A stretch of DNA of 35,664 nt. It comes from Ionaspis alba (taxonomy: Eukaryota). Position 1 is the stretch's first letter, and the number at the start of each line of letters is the position of its first letter. The notes beneath the pieces are model-generated. The model was not told where the DNA came from. It saw nothing but the letters and a program-made list of their open reading frames with translations, and made no database searches. The translations under genes were made by a program, and so were the position numbers. Location of the stretch: positions 1 to 35,664 of the forward strand of contig CAXUUL010000079.1 in assembly GCA_964255285.1 (NCBI GenBank), written 5' to 3'. Below, piece by piece: positions 31,629-35,664 of the stretch.

Positions 31629-33693
31629 ATGAAGCGCAAACTGAATGATGAAGATATTCCAACGCCCGTGGTGGAGACGTCCAGCCGAGCCACACATAGC
31701 GACAGCTTCGAGAAACTCGGTCTGGACAGTCGACTCCTTCAGGCCGTTTCGAGAGCAAAGTTCGCATACCCAACACCGGTTCAGGCGCGCGCGATTCCAG
31801 TAGCTCTCGAAGGCAAAGATATCCTCGGTATGTCAGAGCATCACTTAGTGTCCGACATTTGAGCTGACCAGGGCAGCTCGCGCGAAAACGGGATCTGGGA
31901 AGACCGCCGCATATGTCCTCCCTATACTTGAAGCAATTCTGCGGAGGAAAGCGGTATGTTTTCATTACTCGACTCGTCCGATCTATAAGCTGATAACCTG
32001 TAAGGCCAATTCCAATGCCAAAGCCATCTCCAGCCTTATACTCGTACCCACACGAGAGCTTGCCGACCAAGTCTCCAAAGCAGTTACCACATTCTCGACC
32101 TATTGTGCGAAAGAAATTCGTACCATTAACTTGACGCAGAAGACTTCAGACGATGTTCAACGATCACTTCTGGCAGACTTTCCAGATATCGTCGTTGGTA
32201 CCCCTGCTCGAGCGTTTCTCAATCTCAGCACCTCGGCCTTCTCGTTGGACAAGCTGTCACACTTGGTAATCGACGAGGCAGACTTGGTGCTCTCTTACGG
32301 CTATGAGGAGGACTTACAAGGCGTTGCAAAAGCCCTTCCCGAGGGTGTCCAGACAATCCTCATGAGTGCTACGTTGAGCACGGAGGTCGAGACTCTGAAA
32401 GGACTTTTCTTGCGGGAACCAGTGATTTTGGAATTGGATGAAGCAAAGGAAAATGCCAATAATGTCAGCCAATATGTTATCAAGTATGTGATGCTAGGTC
32501 AAGGCTCGTCGTTGCCAGAGCTAATGTGTCCACAATACAGATGCGGAGAGGACGAAAAGTTTCTGTTGATTTACGTTATGTTCAAGCTCAAGTTAATCAA
32601 GGGGAAATGCATTATATTCGTTGGGGATATCGACAGGTGTTACAGACTCAAACTGTATTTGGAGCAATTCGGGACGAAAAGCTGTGTGCTCAACTCGGAG
32701 TTGCCTGTGAATTCCAGGATCCATGTGGTCGAGGAGTTCAACAAAAACGTCTATGATATCATCATAGCTTCGGATGAGCACGAAGTTCTTGGTTCTGACG
32801 CACGCCAGATCAACAGAGGTCGTTCGAACAAAAGCACCATGCCAGGGGAACCAGACCGTGTCGGGATTGATGATCAGGATGGAAAGGAGGCTAAAGGCAA
32901 AGGCGATGGTGACGAGGCATCTGCTCTGGAAGATCAAGTCGATCTCAAACCTTCAATCGAACCCCCGAGGAAGAAACGCAAGCCCTCCAAGAAAGACAAA
33001 GAGTACGGAATCTCGAGGGGCATCGACTTCAAAAACGTTGCCTGCGTGCTCAATTTCGATCTCCCAACCACCAGCAAATCCTACACGCATCGAATCGGGC
33101 GCACTGCCCGTGCCGGAAAATCCGGCATGGCCCTCTCCTTCGTCGTGCCCTCCTCTCTCTATCGAAAGCACAAGCCGACCACCTTCCCCACGGCAGCCAA
33201 CGACGAAGTCGTGCTTGCCAAAATTACGAAACAGCAAGCGAAGAAAGGCCACGAGGTACACCCATACCACTTCGATATGGCTCAAGTCGATGCTTTCCGG
33301 TACCGCATGAATGATGCCTTGCGTGCCGTCACTGGCCTTGCTATTAGGGAAGCGAGGACGAGGGAGTTGAGGCAGGAGCTGCTAAAGAGCGAGAAGCTGA
33401 AGCGCCATTTCGAGGAGAATCCGGATGACTTGAGACATTTGAGACATGATGGTGAGCTCAGAGCTGCACGGGTACAGCCGCATCTGAAGCACGTGCCGGA
33501 TTATTTGATGCCCGGAGGAGCGAAAGAGGGGAAGGTGGCTGCGAAGGAGATTGGCTTTGTGGGTATGGTGAAGATGGAGGGAAATCGGATCAGAAGGGCG
33601 AGGATGGCGAAGAGGATAGGGAAGGTGGGAAAGAAAGTGGGAGGTGGGAGGAGGGATCCATTGAAGACATTTAGTGCTAAGCGGAGGAAATAG
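31629..33693 (+). CDS. DBP9: ATP-dependent DEAD-box RNA helicase Dbp9 (DDX56 family; 60S biogenesis), 635 aa
   Basis: MKRKL start, Q motif (PTPVQ), [55 protein letters not shown]. Exons 31629-31827, 31877-31953, 32005-32483, 32541-33693. Confidence 0.95.
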
Positions 33694-33777
33694 ATCACAG
33701 TACCGGGAAATGAGAACAAGCAAATGTCAGTTGCCCAACAACTCAAAGGCCTATGCTCTTCCTTTGGACTCTGCTCC

Positions 33778-35487
33778 TTATGACCATGACTGCCGAAAAG
33801 TAAACGCATGATCTATCGCTATGAGCACCTTGTGGTGAATAACGTCCTCAATCTCTGGACTCCACTCTCCCCTCTCAAACCTCACCGCTTTTCCTCCCGC
33901 CTGTCTCCTGATCCTGCATACTACATTCTCCATCATCTTCACCGTCCTCTGCTCCTCCAACCACCTCTTCGCCTCCACCTTCATCGCATACTTGTCTCTC
34001 TCATCCTCGACGTCCCACCCCACGTCCTCCACTACATCCCAACCATCTTCCACCCAGGCTCCCAGCCTCCTCTTCGCATCCTTCCCATACTGCCTCCGTT
34101 CTAACACTCCTTCTGGGACCCACCCAGGCGATATTCTCACGGTTTCCACACCCCGCCAGCACCCGTTCCAATCAACGCCTCTCCGGCTCCGCTGTCTGCC
34201 CCCGCCCTCCGCTGCGGTTGTTCCCTTGCCTTCCTCTGCACCCAAGCTTTCCTCCTCCTCGCCATCGCGTGATAGAGGTGGAGGCTCCCACCCCAGCGCC
34301 TCAACCCACGGTCCACAGCCATCCAACTCCAACCATCGCAGACACAAAGTCCCCTTCCCCAATCGCCTCAACACACCTACCGCTTCGCTCCAGTCGCCGT
34401 CTGTGGCGCTGTAGACCGTGCTCGCACCATACGGTACTTGACCGATCGGCGAGTTGGTGGTTGCAGTTGCCGCATTTGGGGTCAGGCTTGGTACGGGGAA
34501 GTGCGCGAGTGATAGATGGGTCAGTGTTTTGAGGAGCGGCAGGAGTGCTAGAAGCGTTCGCCAGGGTGCGGGTGTTTGAGGGCACGCGAGGGACAGGTGG
34601 GTCAAGGCTGGGAAGCGAGGGACTGTTGGTCCGCTAAGAATAGCCTGCTCCGAGGGGTCAGATGGTGACAAAGCGTTGGGTGTTCGAGGCGGAGAATCAT
34701 CCCAGGCATCTGGGATCGAGGCAATGGCATCGGTGGCGGGAGCGGGTTTGCTAAAATAGCTCAACAGCTCTTTGGAAGTGAGATGAGGGCCAAGCGCGGA
34801 GCTGAGGTCCAGGTGGGTTATCGTGGCGCTGCCTGTAGCGTCTTCTAAGATATCGTCGTCGAGAAAGAGCATGTGTAGCCCGCGGAGGGTGATGCCCACA
34901 GGGTTGTATACGACAATGTAGCTCAGGAGAGCCTCTTTGTACCGATCAGGGAGGGTCGCGAGATAGTATTGGTCGTAGTCTATATGCCATAGCCAGTTGG
35001 TCGCCAGAGCTTTGAGCGTCTGGTGCATCAAGCTGCGTTCGTGAGGCAGGAATGTGCCTGGCAGACGGTCCAGACGAGATTTGATGCGGCTGCTCTCTCC
35101 GGTGGCGAATGCTGATTTTTGGAGATGTCGTGGTGCGTGGATGCTATCTGCAAGCCAGCTCTTAGGCGGTGGAGGCCCTGCTGGTCCTCGAGCTCTTCTG
35201 CGGCCGTTGTTTTGCATTCTTGGAGGTGGGGCTTGCGTTTCCGGGAGTTGGAGGAGGGCTCTCAGCGAGGGGTGAACCGTGGGTGTGAGGTTGGCGTCGG
35301 ATTTGGCGCCTTCCGCCGCCGAGAGGCCCTGACTTCGGCGAAGGTGTTGAATGAGGTCGTTGACACTGCTGGCGGGAGCTGGATTGCTGACTGTGCCATG
35401 GTGCGAGGAAGTTGAAGATGTGAGGGCTGGGTGGGTAGTGGATGCTGGTTTGGTGTATTTCGCTCTATTGTTGTGCTTCTTGGGCAT
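33778..35487 (-). CDS. Hypothetical protein with degenerate leucine-rich-repeat-like (RNI-like) motifs, 569 aa, single exon
   Basis: 1710-nt ORF with a basic N-terminus (MPKKHNNRAKYTKP), a GPAGPPPPKSW motif, and repeated LxxLxL units (ITHLDLS, LTHLSLA twice, LRWLELDGC). Confidence 0.82.
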   Translation of the reverse strand: MPKKHNNRAKYTKPASTTHPALTSSTSSHHGTVSNPAPASSVNDLIQHLRRSQGLSAAEGAKSDANLTPTVHPSLRALLQLPETQAPPPRMQNNGRRRARGPAGPPPPKSWLADSIHAPRHLQKSAFATGESSRIKSRLDRLPGTFLPHERSLMHQTLKALATNWLWHIDYDQYYLATLPDRYKEALLSYIVVYNPVGITLRGLHMLFLDDDILEDATGSATITHLDLSSALGPHLTSKELLSYFSKPAPATDAIASIPDAWDDSPPRTPNALSPSDPSEQAILSGPTVPRFPALTHLSLACPQTPAPWRTLLALLPLLKTLTHLSLAHFPVPSLTPNAATATTNSPIGQVPYGASTVYSATDGDWSEAVGVLRRLGKGTLCLRWLELDGCGPWVEALGWEPPPLSRDGEEEESLGAEEGKGTTAAEGGGRQRSRRGVDWNGCWRGVETVRISPGWVPEGVLERRQYGKDAKRRLGAWVEDGWDVVEDVGWDVEDERDKYAMKVEAKRWLEEQRTVKMMENVVCRIRRQAGGKAVRFERGEWSPEIEDVIHHKVLIAIDHAFTFRQSWS

Positions 35488-35664
35488 TAACTTGTTGGTT
35501 GGGCTATAGGCTTTTATCCTGGAGTGTTGTGGTTTGGGTATGTATATTGTATGTAGTGGAAAAGCTAGTGGTAATAGACAACCCTATCAACCTTACGAGT
35601 GGTGGAAACCGAGCTGAGGCATGACTTCTTAGCGTAGGGCTTCGGATTGCGCGCTTGTAGCTCC

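Noticed and set aside
1333..35415. Many short antisense or alternate-frame ORFs overlapping the real genes
   Set aside because: Shadow ORFs explained by codon bias of the coding strand.
1..35664. tRNA, rRNA, transposon, RIP-degraded repeat, telomere repeat or CRISPR array
   Set aside because: By eye I saw no cloverleaf, terminal repeats, transposase or RT motifs, AT-rich RIP block or spaced repeat array. tRNAscan-SE, Infernal and RepeatModeler would be needed to exclude small elements.

Overview
Gene-dense, intron-containing eukaryotic DNA from a filamentous ascomycete (Pezizomycotina), judged from short GT-AG introns with CTRAC-type branch points and fungal-type genes. I reconstructed 14 protein-coding genes by hand, and every complete exon chain sums to an intact reading frame. 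In order: a partial hypothetical gene running off the left edge, a Ubp12-type ubiquitin protease, a Cys-rich GPI-anchored protein, a GH76 Dcw1/Dfg5 enzyme, a Zn(II)2Cys6 transcription factor, an SDR, sorting nexin Snx41, a 712-aa disordered protein, arginyl-tRNA synthetase, a flavodoxin-less FAD/NADPH reductase, a divergent pair of SDRs, DEAD-box helicase Dbp9 and a 569-aa LRR-like protein. I found no RNA gene, transposon, CRISPR array or secondary-metabolite backbone gene. This is mostly ordinary core genome, and I see no convincing new multi-gene system. The best leads are gene-level: (i) the reductase, where a CCGGGCC motif replaces the FMN domain and a strong-context uORF lies upstream; (ii) probable dual mitochondrial/cytosolic ArgRS isoforms next to a Gcn4/CpcA site; (iii) stop-free 3n terminal introns isolating functionally important last residues in two neighbouring genes; (iv) a canonical SDR head-to-head with an SDR lacking the catalytic Tyr/Lys; (v) a GC-AG intron and a 14-nt first coding exon. 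All family assignments come from motif recognition, not database searches.
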